Below are positions 18,302 to 30,578 of a DNA stretch of 64,000 nt, piece after piece (the first letter of the stretch is position 1; every line of letters begins with the position of its first letter). Below the pieces are notes generated by a model that had not been told where the DNA came from, searched no databases, and saw only the letters and a program-made list of their open reading frames with translations. The position numbers and the translations under genes are program-made. This DNA comes from Phycisphaerae bacterium. GTDB lineage: Bacteria > Planctomycetota > Phycisphaerae > UBA1845 > PWPN01. Location: assembly GCA_039961895.1 (NCBI GenBank), contig JABRVU010000014.1, forward strand, positions 19,019 to 83,018, written 5' to 3'.

Positions 18302-18374
18302 TCGGACGGGTAGTCTTTTTTTGACCGGCGTGTTAACTGTTTAGGTGACAGTTCCGGCCGGACTGGAGGTGCAG

Positions 18375-19616
18375 ATGTCGACGTTCACGCTCAGGAGGTT
18401 CACGAACCAGGAGACGCTCAAGTCCATCCGGACGGAGAATCTGCTCTCCCTGCTCGGCCAGCACAAGGCCTACTTCGCCCGTCGCGGAGTGGCCCTGGCC
18501 AACACCGGGCCGGTGCTCTACGCCGCCGAGGCGACGGGCACCTACGGCGGCAAGGCGGTCCCGCGGCCGGCGCCGGGCGAGCTGGACTACGAGGCGCTCG
18601 CGCACGTCCTGATGACGCCGGACGAGTCGACGCCGCGCGAACTGGTCGACGACCTCTTCTTCGTGGACGAGATGGCGACCCCGGAGGGCATGGACGCGCT
18701 CCGCGAGGAGATCGCCAAGCTCCCGCCCGCGCTCCGCAAGCAGCTCGAGCTGGGGCCGGACCCGACGCCGGCGGACGTGGCGGTCATGGTGCGGCTGCAC
18801 GCACCGGACATCCTGGAGAACAAGCACGCCGAGACGCTCCTCGTGTCGAAGCGCTCCTTCCAGTACTTCCAGCCCGCCAACGGCAACGGCAAGCCCTTCG
18901 CCAAGCCGACCGACAAGCAGCTCCAGACGCTGGAGGCCGTGTTCGACGACGTCTTCGATCAGATGAAGCGCGGCCGGAACTCCAAGGTCTTCGTGTTCGA
19001 CCGTCCCGACGAGGTCTGGATGCTCGTGCGGCACGGCGACCCCTGCAAGCGCGAGGGCGCGCTCAACTCCACGGGCTCGTCGAGCGTCTACTACCGGCCC
19101 GAGGTCTTCGACGTGATCCGGTACGACCGCAAGACCGGCGAGCTGAGCATCAACGCTGGGAGCTGCAAGAAGATCTACGACCTCTACCGCGAGAAGGTCG
19201 GGCTGCACTTCTTCGGCGACGCGCTGCACTTCCCGGCCGGCAAGGCCAAGTTCACGCTCGACCCGCTGCGCGCCGACGGCGAGGACTCCCTGGTCTGCAG
19301 CGACATCGACGGCATGGAGTCGGTGGTGCTCAAGGAGGTGCAGTACTTCTGGGGCGGCCCCGAGAACGAGGTCGAGATCCGCAAGGCCGCCAACGTCTTC
19401 GAGGCGCTCAAGCGGCGCAACCGGACGATCCCGGACAGCGCCCGCATCTCGAAGGCGAAGTTCCAGGTGAAGTTCGCCGACTCCAAGGCGCCGCGCATGG
19501 TGACGGTGTCGAACTCCAACGTCACCTCGTTCACCCGGGACAGCGACGCGTCCTCCGTGGAAACCTGGCTGACGAAGCGGGGCTTCGCCATCGTCGCCGG
19601 TGACGGGGATGCATGA
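18375..19616 (+). CDS. Hypothetical protein (413 aa), no recognisable domain
   Basis: Codon usage and amino-acid composition look coding. GGAGGT lies 5 nt before the ATG at 18375. The minus-strand ORF over the same span is Arg/Gly/Leu-rich GC noise. Confidence 0.6.
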   Translation: MSTFTLRRFTNQETLKSIRTENLLSLLGQHKAYFARRGVALANTGPVLYAAEATGTYGGKAVPRPAPGELDYEALAHVLMTPDESTPRELVDDLFFVDEMATPEGMDALREEIAKLPPALRKQLELGPDPTPADVAVMVRLHAPDILENKHAETLLVSKRSFQYFQPANGNGKPFAKPTDKQLQTLEAVFDDVFDQMKRGRNSKVFVFDRPDEVWMLVRHGDPCKREGALNSTGSSSVYYRPEVFDVIRYDRKTGELSINAGSCKKIYDLYREKVGLHFFGDALHFPAGKAKFTLDPLRADGEDSLVCSDIDGMESVVLKEVQYFWGGPENEVEIRKAANVFEALKRRNRTIPDSARISKAKFQVKFADSKAPRMVTVSNSNVTSFTRDSDASSVETWLTKRGFAIVAGDGDA

Positions 19617-20832
19617 CCTCCTGCGGATCTGGCGGCGTGTCGAATCGCTGCCCGTCACCGCCGGGATCGACGCGCAGTGGGCCGAGGCGCTGGGCGACGA
19701 CCGCCACGTCCTCGCGCCCTACCTGAGGCCGGAACAGCAGCTCGCCACGAGCTATCCCTGCCCGCACCCCGTCCACGATGACTGCCCCCGGCGGGTGATC
19801 CACCATGGCCCTGGGGACATTGTCGCGGTCTGCGGCAACGGGGCGCCCCGGTGCGAGCCGGTGAAGCTCACCCGCGACCAGCTCGTGATCCGCACCCTCA
19901 AGACCAAGGAGTGGATCGCGGCCATCGTCGGCGAGCTGCGCTCGGCCAACGGGCTCGAGGCACTCGACGCCGAGCTGCCCGAAGGCTTGGTCGCGGTAGG
20001 CACGCTCTGCCGCCGCGGTCGCCGCCTCGCGGTGATCTGGGCGCGGCGTGACCATCCCGACATCGAGAACACGGCGCGCGGACTGCAGGGGCCGCTCGGC
20101 GGCCGGGAGCTTCTGGTCCTGCTGCCGCCGGGCGTGCGCGGCGCAACCGACAGAGCCGTCGCGGACGGCGGCATCGTCCTGCTGTCGTCGCCCAAGAACG
20201 ACGACGGCCGCCTTGACCTCGCCCGGGCCCTGGACCTCCTCGACCCGAGCTACCGGGCCAGCCGCACGACGAACCCGCAGGGGATCTTCGACGACGTGCG
20301 CTTCGAGTTCGCTGAGGAGCCCGGCGTCCGCCACGTCGTGCGGATCAACGGTCTGGAGTACGGCGGCTTCCAGAAGAGCGACCTCAAGTTCCTGCGCCTG
20401 CTGCTCCTCGCGGCCCGCCGTCGAGAGGACGCCGACGTCGACGACGGTGGCTGGCTGGAGAAGTTCCGGCTGCAGGGCGACGAGAAGGACCACGACCTCG
20501 AGGACGTGCGCGACGAGCTGCGCCGCCTCGACCACGCTCTCGTGCCCACCGACGACCGGGCGGCCCTGGTGAAGCGGGCTCCGGGCCGCGAGGGCAAGGT
20601 GCGCCTCGCCGTCCCGCCGACCAACATCACCTTCGACGCGAGCCTCGCCAACTTCACCTTCATCGGCGAGCTGCAGTCCAAGTCCAAGACCACCAAGGGG
20701 AAGCCGTCGCCCGGCCAGAAGGCGCGCGCCGAGAACTTCGCCCAGCGCGACAAGGTCGCCAAGAAGCTCCTCGACGACGCCCGCAAGCACGGCGTGCCCG
20801 CACCCACGAAGACCTCGGGGAGGGGGGAGTAA
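19609..20832 (+). CDS. Hypothetical protein (407 aa) with N-terminal Cys/His cluster
   Basis: Overlaps the preceding gene by 8 nt (ATG 19609; GTG 19600 is the alternative). CPHPVHDDCP...CGNGAPRC suggests a zinc ribbon. The C-terminus is Lys-rich. Confidence 0.6.
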   Translation: MHDLLRIWRRVESLPVTAGIDAQWAEALGDDRHVLAPYLRPEQQLATSYPCPHPVHDDCPRRVIHHGPGDIVAVCGNGAPRCEPVKLTRDQLVIRTLKTKEWIAAIVGELRSANGLEALDAELPEGLVAVGTLCRRGRRLAVIWARRDHPDIENTARGLQGPLGGRELLVLLPPGVRGATDRAVADGGIVLLSSPKNDDGRLDLARALDLLDPSYRASRTTNPQGIFDDVRFEFAEEPGVRHVVRINGLEYGGFQKSDLKFLRLLLLAARRREDADVDDGGWLEKFRLQGDEKDHDLEDVRDELRRLDHALVPTDDRAALVKRAPGREGKVRLAVPPTNITFDASLANFTFIGELQSKSKTTKGKPSPGQKARAENFAQRDKVAKKLLDDARKHGVPAPTKTSGRGE

Positions 20833-20946
20833 CCGCTCGCGGGACCCCGGAGCATCGCCCTTCTCCCCCCTTCGACGCCCCCATCCCCCTCACCTCGAAA
20901 GTGACCTCACGACGCTCGCGGAACGGCCGCGGGCAAGGAGGTCACG

Positions 20947-21171
20947 ATGAATCCGAAGCACGACGAAGTCCGCTGCAAGAGCTGCGGCACCCTGCTCGCG
21001 AAGCTCGACGAGACGGGGCTGACCATCAAGCGCGGTGATCTGCAGGCGACGCTGGACGGCGCGTTCCGCGCCACGCTGGTCTGCTACGCGCCCCGCTGTC
21101 GGTCGCTGAACATCCTGAACATCTCGACGGAGCCGAGGGGAGCCCAGGCCCGGGCGGTGAAGACCGCCTGA
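20947..21171 (+). CDS. Com-like zinc-ribbon protein (phage Mu Com family-like)
   Basis: VRCKSCGTLLAKLDETG...LVCYAPRCRSLNIL resembles the Com pattern (RCxxCxxLL...CxRC), with an insertion and CX4C in the second pair. Confidence 0.45.
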   Translation: MNPKHDEVRCKSCGTLLAKLDETGLTIKRGDLQATLDGAFRATLVCYAPRCRSLNILNISTEPRGAQARAVKTA

Positions 21172-21261
21172 GCGCCGCTCCCTGACAACCAACTCGAGCG
21201 CATGACGCCCTGATTCGGTCCTCCGTGAGCGCGCGACGCCCGGCCGGGAAGGCGGGCGCCG

Positions 21262-22020
21262 ATGCGCGCACGTTGGATGGCTCTCCACGAGAGCCTGGTG
21301 CGGTCGATCACGACCCTGAAGGCGGATCAGCAGTTCAAGGCGGCGAGCAAGAGCGACAAGGTCCTGGAGCGGTTCGACGCGGCCGACGCGCTCGTCGCAT
21401 ATCTCACGAACAAGGACGGCGATCGGGACGAGAAGGACCGCATCTACGCGGTTCTCGTCCGCGCGGTGCAGGCGAACGCCGAGTGGCGGGAGCTGGCCTC
21501 GGCGCTGGTGTGGCTCGGGCTCTGGCCCGGCCTCGACGCGATCTACGGCCACCGGCTGCGCGACTTCGCCGGTCGCCCCGACGAGTTGGTCACCGAGATC
21601 AGCTTCATCGTGACCACGACCGTCGCGCGCATCGACCTGTCGGGCGTGAACCGCCTGGCGGCGACGCTGGTGCTCAACGTCGAGCGCGACGTCCGCGACG
21701 CCCTCAAGCGGCGCTGGGCCGACGAGGCCCGCGTGGTCGACGTCGACGACCCCGCCGCCACCGGGCCGGACGAGCACCTCGAGTCGAAGCCGACGATCGA
21801 CGACCGCGAGCTGCCGGTGGACGCGGCGGACCTCCCCGCGGTGCGCGCCTGGCTGACCGGCATCGTCCACGGCGACGCCGACCTGGTCATCGGCGCCGCG
21901 CTCTACGGCTTCGACCTGCACGAGCTCGCCGACGAGCTGGGCATCGGCCACGAGGCCGCGCGCAAGCGATTCCAGCGGGCGATCAAGCGGATACGCGAGC
22001 GCCTCGGGGGATCGCGATGA
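21262..22020 (+). CDS. Phage sigma-70-family-like factor (divergent)
   Basis: The C-terminal LVIGAALYGFDLHELADELGIGHEAARKRFQRAIKRIRERL looks like a sigma region 4 HTH. The central helical region is region-2-like. It is a paralogue of the protein at 32624..33421. Confidence 0.55.
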   Translation: MRARWMALHESLVRSITTLKADQQFKAASKSDKVLERFDAADALVAYLTNKDGDRDEKDRIYAVLVRAVQANAEWRELASALVWLGLWPGLDAIYGHRLRDFAGRPDELVTEISFIVTTTVARIDLSGVNRLAATLVLNVERDVRDALKRRWADEARVVDVDDPAATGPDEHLESKPTIDDRELPVDAADLPAVRAWLTGIVHGDADLVIGAALYGFDLHELADELGIGHEAARKRFQRAIKRIRERLGGSR

Positions 22021-22091
22021 GACCTGTCCCAGTTCGCCCGGGACGGCCGCGTTTCCTGGCCATGAACGGAGCCCACCAGGAGGCAAGCGAG

Positions 22092-22337
22092 ATGTCCCGC
22101 AACCAGACGGAGGGCGGCGCCCTGACCGCGCTGTTCCGCGAGGTCGTGCTGGTGCTCGGCGGCGTGTTCGCCGTGCGCGGCACGGACGACGAGACGGTGC
22201 GCCAGGTCGCCGCCGGGCTCGAGCGGGCGTGGCGGCGGGCGCGGAGCAAGACGCGCTCGAGCACCGACGGCCGCCCCGCTCCCCACCCGGCCATCGCCGC
22301 CCTGCTGCGGCTCACCACCGAGGAGGACCAGGCATGA
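22092..22337 (+). CDS. Hypothetical small protein
   Basis: ATG preceded by AGGAGG. Part of listed ORF 21225..22337, whose upstream portion overlaps the sigma gene out of frame. Confidence 0.4.
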   Translation: MSRNQTEGGALTALFREVVLVLGGVFAVRGTDDETVRQVAAGLERAWRRARSKTRSSTDGRPAPHPAIAALLRLTTEEDQA

Positions 22338-22525
22338 GCGACGAGAAACCGAGCGTCGCCGGCGCGGACGACTACGTGCGGCTGCCCGGCCTGTACAGGC
22401 GCTGGGAGCTCGAACGGGTGATCGAGCCCGGCACGGACTTCCACATCGAGGAGGCGGGCACCGCCTCCGACGGAACCCCGCTCTTCGCCGTGTACCGGCG
22501 GGAGCCCAACCAGAAGGAGGCATGA
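22334..22525 (+). CDS. Hypothetical small protein
   Basis: ATGA overlap with the preceding ORF. Non-repetitive composition (MSDEKPSVAGADDYVRLPGLYRRWELERV...). Confidence 0.4.
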   Translation: MSDEKPSVAGADDYVRLPGLYRRWELERVIEPGTDFHIEEAGTASDGTPLFAVYRREPNQKEA

Positions 22526-22528
22526 CCC

Positions 22529-23257
22529 ATGGCAGCGAACAAGTGGCAGCAGACCGAGGAGATGGCGAAGAAGCACGACCAGGGCTCGAGCACCTGGCTC
22601 AAGCTCGGCAACGATGGGGACAAGGCGGTCGTCGTCTTCCTCGGCGAGCCGTTCCCGCGGGAGGTGTGCTTCGTCGACGGCAAGTACATGCCCTTCGACG
22701 ACAAGCTCAAGGCGCAGGGCCTCAAGCCCTCGCTGCGCGTCGCGCTCAACGTCGTGCTCTACGACACCAAGGAGGTGAAGGTCCTCGAGCAGGGCGTCAC
22801 CTTCTTCAAGGACCTCGTCCGCGTCCGCGAGAAGTACGGCATCGAGCGCTGGGCGTTCGAGATCCAGCGCCACGGCGCCGCCAAGGACCCGAAGACCACC
22901 TACTCGATCCTGCCCGAGCACCAGCTCACCCCGGAGCAGCAGAAGGAGTTCCAGGGGCTGAAGCTCAACGACCTCGACAAGCTCTACGGCGACTCCGAGG
23001 ACTCGTCGTCGCTCGGCAGCTACGACCGCAAGGACGACGGCGTCATCGACGCCGGCACGGCCCAGACCATCGCCACGCAGCTCAAGACGATGCCCCGCGA
23101 GGCCGCCGACCGCTTCTGCAAGAAGTTCGGCGTCACCCGCATCAAGGACCTCCCGGCGGCGCAGGTGGAGAAGGCTCGGGCCTTCGTCGAGGTGCTCGCG
23201 TCGGAGTTCGCCGCGCCCGCGGCGGCGGACAGCCACGAGACGGACCCGTTCGCCTGA
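22529..23257 (+). CDS. Hypothetical replication-module protein (possible ssDNA-binding/OB-fold protein)
   Basis: Good coding composition and an acidic C-terminal tail (ETDPFA), as in phage SSBs. It sits directly upstream of the helicases. No motif was positively identified. Confidence 0.25.
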   Translation: MAANKWQQTEEMAKKHDQGSSTWLKLGNDGDKAVVVFLGEPFPREVCFVDGKYMPFDDKLKAQGLKPSLRVALNVVLYDTKEVKVLEQGVTFFKDLVRVREKYGIERWAFEIQRHGAAKDPKTTYSILPEHQLTPEQQKEFQGLKLNDLDKLYGDSEDSSSLGSYDRKDDGVIDAGTAQTIATQLKTMPREAADRFCKKFGVTRIKDLPAAQVEKARAFVEVLASEFAAPAAADSHETDPFA

Positions 23258-23291
23258 TCACGTTCCCCGCACGGGGACGCGCGAGGAACCG

Positions 23292-25226
23292 ATGACCGAG
23301 TACCTGGAACAGGTCTTCGGGGACGGGGGTCTGCTCGCCCGCCGCTTCCCCGGCTACGAGAAACGCGAGGGCCAGGTGGCGCTCGCCCGTGTGGTCGACC
23401 AGGCCATGCGGGAGGAGCGCCACGCCCTCGGCGAGGGCCCGTGCGGCACCGGCAAGGGCGTCGCCTACGGCGTCCCCGCCGTCTGGCACGCCCGCCACCG
23501 CGACAAGAAGGTGGTCATCGCCACGGCCAACATCGCCCTGCAGGAGCAGCTCGTCCGCAAGGACCTGCCGCTCCTCTCGGAGGTGCTGCCGTGGTCGTTC
23601 ACCTTCGCCCTGCTCAAGGGGAGGAACAACTTCCTCTGCCACGACCGCATGGCCGAGTCGGAGGCCCGGGGCGAGCTCGCCGGCTTCACCTGCGACGACC
23701 TCGACCGCCAGCTCGCCGAGGTGGCGGCGTGGGCCGAGACCACGACGACTGGCGACGTCTCGGAGCTGCCGTTCGTGCCGCCGCCGCAGGTGTGGTCGCG
23801 CTTCTCGGTCGGCTCCGACGACTGCAAGGGCGACGGGTGCCGCTTCCGCGACGCCTGCTTCGCCGAGTGTGCGAAGGCGGCGGCCGCCGAGGCCGACATC
23901 GTCGTCACCAACTACCACCTGCTGTTCGCGCACCTCGCCGTGCGCCGGGAGACGGGCCTGGACCTCGTGCTCCCGGCCTTCGACTACCTGGTGCTCGACG
24001 AGGCGCACGAGGCGGCCGACATCGCCCGGGACTTCTTCGGCTTCACCGTCTCGGAGTTCGTGGCGATCCGCCTCGCGCGCTTTGCCGAGAAGCTCGGCAA
24101 GAAGAAGCTGGCCGAGCGGCTGTGGCACGAGGCCTCCGACTTCTTCGCCGCGGTCGCCGACCACGCCCGCTCGCCGGCGTACAAGTGCCGGCTCAAGCGC
24201 CCGGGCTTCGCGTCCGCGGCGCAGCTCCTCAAGCCCCTCGACGAGCTGGCGGCCGTCGCCGGCCGCATCGAGGAGGACGAGTCGCTCGACAAGGAGGACC
24301 GCGCCGAGGGGCGCATCGCCCGCCGCCAGGCGTCCACGGCGGCTGCGCGCTTGCGCGAGGCGACGGCGCTCTCGAACCCGGGGAAGGTCTACTTCATCGA
24401 CCTCGACCAGAAGGGCCGCGCCAAGCTCGGCGCCAAGCCGGTCCACGTCGCCGACCTCCTGCGCGAGCAGCTGTTCGGCGCCACCGCGTCCGTCACGATG
24501 GTGTCGGCCACGATGACCACGGCCGGCACGTTCGACTTCATCCGCGCCGAGGCCGGGGTGCCCGACGACGCGCTCGAGGTGGTTGCCGACTCGCCGTTCG
24601 ATTTCGAGCACCAGGCGCTGCTGGTCGTCCCGGAGGGCCTGCCCGACCCGCGCGAGCCCGAGTTCGTCGAGGCGGCGGCCGACGCCTTCAAGAAGGTCAT
24701 CGACCTCTGCGACGGGCGCACGCTCGGTCTCTTCACGTCCTACCGCAACCTCAACGCCGTCCACGAGCGCGTGCGCCGCAACGGTCACCGCGTCCTGCGC
24801 CAGGGCGAGCTGCCGCGCACCGAGCTGACCCGCGCCTTCAAGGAGGACGTCGGCTCGGTGCTGCTCGGCACCGAGAGCTTCTGGACCGGCATCGACGTGC
24901 CGGGCGAGGCGCTCACCGGCCTGGTCATCGACAAGCTGCCGTTCCCCAACATGGACGACCCGGTGGTCGACGCCATCTGCGCGGCCGACCGGAACGCCTT
25001 CAACAGCTACCTCGTCCCGCGCGCCATCATCATGCTGCGCCAGGGCGTCGGGCGGCTCATCCGCTCGCAGAGCGACGTCGGGGTGGCGGTCATCCTCGAT
25101 CGCCGGATCGCCGACAAGCCCTACGGCCGCAGGTTCATCAGGAGCCTGCCGCCCATGCTCACCACCCGGAACCTCGACAACATCAGCCGGTTCCTCGCGG
25201 AGGCGTCCGATGCTGGCCCGGGTTGA
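23292..25226 (+). CDS. DinG/XPD (Rad3)-family 5'-3' helicase with Fe-S cluster cysteines
   Basis: Walker A GPCGTGKGVAY, DEAH box LVLDEAHE, and a Cys cluster between motifs I and II (FLCHD...DDCKGDGCRFRDACFAEC). C-terminal motif VILDRR. Confidence 0.85.
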   Translation: MTEYLEQVFGDGGLLARRFPGYEKREGQVALARVVDQAMREERHALGEGPCGTGKGVAYGVPAVWHARHRDKKVVIATANIALQEQLVRKDLPLLSEVLPWSFTFALLKGRNNFLCHDRMAESEARGELAGFTCDDLDRQLAEVAAWAETTTTGDVSELPFVPPPQVWSRFSVGSDDCKGDGCRFRDACFAECAKAAAAEADIVVTNYHLLFAHLAVRRETGLDLVLPAFDYLVLDEAHEAADIARDFFGFTVSEFVAIRLARFAEKLGKKKLAERLWHEASDFFAAVADHARSPAYKCRLKRPGFASAAQLLKPLDELAAVAGRIEEDESLDKEDRAEGRIARRQASTAAARLREATALSNPGKVYFIDLDQKGRAKLGAKPVHVADLLREQLFGATASVTMVSATMTTAGTFDFIRAEAGVPDDALEVVADSPFDFEHQALLVVPEGLPDPREPEFVEAAADAFKKVIDLCDGRTLGLFTSYRNLNAVHERVRRNGHRVLRQGELPRTELTRAFKEDVGSVLLGTESFWTGIDVPGEALTGLVIDKLPFPNMDDPVVDAICAADRNAFNSYLVPRAIIMLRQGVGRLIRSQSDVGVAVILDRRIADKPYGRRFIRSLPPMLTTRNLDNISRFLAEASDAGPG

Positions 25227-26594
25227 TTCCGGCATCCGGCTCACGGCCGCCGACGTGATGCCGAAGCTCGCGGAGCGGCTGCGCCGGGCGCTGTCCTATC
25301 CCAACCCGGCCTACCTCGACCGGCTGCGCCTCGGCCTGTCGGCGCGCGGCGTCCCCGAGCGGCTGTGCTTCCTCGACGAGGATGGCGACGGCCTGCGCCT
25401 CCCGCGAGGGGCGATCGGCACGCTCAAGCGGCTGGCCGCGGTGGACGGCGCACTGGTCGCCTGCGAGGACCACCGGATCGTCCCCGCGGAGCGGCTCCCC
25501 GAACTGCCGTGTCCGCCGCTGCGCCCGTACCAGGAGCGCGCGGTCGACGCGATGCTTCGGATGACCCAGGGCACGGTCGTCGTCCCCTGCGGCGGCGGCA
25601 AGACGCGCATCGGCATCGGGGCGACCTCGCGTCTGCGGACCCCGACGCTGGTCCTCGTTCACACCCTCGACCTCGCCGAGCAGTGGCGCTCGGAGCTGAA
25701 GGCGCTCCTCGGCGTCGATGCCTGCCTCGTCGGCGACGGCGAGGTGACGACCGGGCCTATCACGGTGGCGCTCGTCCAGGCGCTCACCCGGCGCGACCCG
25801 GCCTGGCTCGATGGCTTCCTTGGCGGCTTCGGCCTGCTGCTGCTCGACGAGGCCCACCACGTCGCGGCCCAGGTCTTCCACGAGCTCATCGACCGCTGCC
25901 CGGCCAAGCACCGCTTCGGCCTGACGGCGACGCCCGAGCGGGAGGACGGGCTCTCGGCGCTGCTCGAGCTGTTCCTCGGGCCGCCCGTCGCCGAGGTCAC
26001 GCACGAGGAGCTGGTGGCCGCCGGCGTGCTCAAGCTCCCGGAGATCCGCACCGTCGAGACCGGCTTCGCCTTCCCCTACGCGAGCGCCGAGGACTACGCG
26101 CGCATGCTCGACACGCTGGTGCGCGACGACGCCCGCAACACGCTGGTCGCCGACCTCGTGGCCACCGAGGCGTCGAACGGGAAGTTGTGCCTCGTGCTCT
26201 CGGGCCGCGTGGACCACTGCGAGACGCTCTGCGGGATGCTGCGCACCCGCGGCGTCCAAGCCGAGCTGCTCACCGGCTCGGTCAAGAAGGACCGACGGAC
26301 GGAGCTGCTCGCGGCGGCGCGCGCCGGCCAGGTGCCCGTGCTCGTGGCGACCACGCTCGCCGACGAGGGGCTCGACCTGCCGACGCTGTCGCGGGTGTTC
26401 CTGACGTACCCGGGCCGGGCACGCGGGCGGACGCTCCAGCGGCTGGGCCGGCTCATGCGCACCCACCCGGACAAAGACGACGCCGTCCTGTTCGACTTCG
26501 TGGACCGCAAGGTGCCCGTGCTGCGCCGGCACCACGTCGAGCGGCGGCGGCTCTACGCCGAGATCCTGGGCGCGCAACCGGAGGGCTGCGCCCG

Positions 26595-26598
<4 letters not shown>
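25210..26598 (+). CDS. SF2 DEAH helicase (XPB/Rad25 or type III res-subunit-like)
   Basis: LRPYQERAV, PCGGGKT, LLLDEAHH, GLTATPERED, and C-terminal helicase motifs (VATTLADEGLDLP, GRLMR). Confidence 0.8.
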
Positions 26599-29576
<2,978 letters not shown>

Positions 29577-29622
29577 CCCGTCGTCCTCCCGCCACCCCCG
29601 AAGCCCGACCGACCGCCGACGT

Positions 29623-29915
29623 GCGGAACATGCGGAACATCTGCGGAACATGCCGTCCCAATGTTCCGCAGCCAAAAGCGCAGCAGCGGCGGGCTGTTAG
29701 GTCGGGTTGCGGAACATGCGGAACTTACCCCCCCCTTACTCTTCACACGCGCGCACATATTTATTTTCCTTCTCTCTTCCTCCCGGAAATTTTTCCGCGC
29801 GCACCCGCGAAGATAGGGCCTTGAAGTTCCGCATGTTCCGCACTTGGCGACAAGTGCCCGTAGTTGCTCGACAAAGGCGTGCGGAACATGTGCGGAACAT
29901 GGGCTGATGTTCCGC
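29623..29915. repeat. Iteron cluster (GCGGAACAT x11, both orientations) around an AT/pyrimidine-rich core; candidate phage replication origin
   Basis: Direct copies at 29623, 29632, 29643, 29709, 29718 (variant GCGGAACTT), 29881 and 29892. Inverted copies at 29661, 29824 (variant), 29833 and 29907. The 18-bp blocks 29709-29726 and 29824-29841 are perfect reverse complements flanking the AT-rich tract 29755-29796. Confidence 0.7.
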
Positions 29916-30020
29916 ACCTCCGGGGCTCGGGCCTCCCGCCTCCAATCGCCTGTCCCAGTTCGCTGATCCAGGCCGCGTTTCCTCCACGACGGCGCCCCTC
30001 GGCGCCTCGAGGAGGACCGG

Positions 30021-30578
30021 ATGGCGGCACCCGAGACAGCCCAGCCCGACGACAAGCCCGCGGGGATCACCTGCGAGCAGTACGTCCGCGGCGAGGGCAA
30101 GCGCTGCCGGCACTACCTGCCGAACGGCGCGTGCTCGCTGCCCGGCGAGTTCATGTGCGTCGAGTGGCTGAAGAAGAACGGCCAGCGTCCGCCGGCCCCG
30201 TCCAAGGACCTCTTCGGCAACCCGCTGCCGGACCCGCCCGCCAAGAAGCCGGCGAAGGCCCAGCCCGCGGTCGCTGAGAAGCCGGCCGTCAAGGTCGAGC
30301 AACCCGCCGACGTCGAGCCCACGCCCACGCCCCGTCGCGGCCTGACCACCGAGGACATCGAGTCGTTCAAGGCGCTCGGCGTCGAGGTCTGCGTCCGCTC
30401 CGACGACTACGGCGACCTCTGGCTCGTCCCCGCCTACACCGGCCAGCCCCGCAAGGAGATCACGCCCGAGCACCTGGCGACCATCGCCCGGGTGCTCGAC
30501 GCATTCCCCGGGTCGCGGGTCGTGGCCTTCGACAAGAAGCCGCCGGCCGAGCCGGCGAACGAAGGGAGCCCCGCATGA
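30021..30578 (+). CDS. Hypothetical protein with N-terminal 4-Cys cluster
   Basis: [34 protein letters not shown], then a Pro/Ala/Lys linker and a globular C-terminal domain. First gene after the iteron region. Confidence 0.5.
   Translation: MAAPETAQPDDKPAGITCEQYVRGEGKRCRHYLPNGACSLPGEFMCVEWLKKNGQRPPAPSKDLFGNPLPDPPAKKPAKAQPAVAEKPAVKVEQPADVEPTPTPRRGLTTEDIESFKALGVEVCVRSDDYGDLWLVPAYTGQPRKEITPEHLATIARVLDAFPGSRVVAFDKKPPAEPANEGSPA

Noticed and set aside
18302-18374. Possible terminator/promoter after immA (a T-run at 18314-18322 and TTGACC at 18321).
   Set aside because: No convincing stem precedes the T-run, and no acceptable -10 lies at proper spacing. Too weak to call.
25365-26594. N-terminal 410 aa of listed ORF 25365..29576 (1403 aa).
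   Set aside because: This part runs out of frame across the SF2 helicase gene and is Arg/Pro/Gly-rich. The recognisable primase sequence starts at the ATG at 26595, which overlaps the helicase stop (ATGA).
29621-29907. Small ORFs translating as MRNMRN... (29621..29824, 29707..29907, 29476..29661).
   Set aside because: They are produced by reading through the GCGGAACAT iterons and are interpreted as non-coding repeat DNA.
29623-29915. Possibility that the GCGGAACAT repeats are a CRISPR array.
   Set aside because: The repeat unit is only 9 bp, occurs in both orientations and partly in direct tandem, and has irregular short spacers. No cas genes are nearby.
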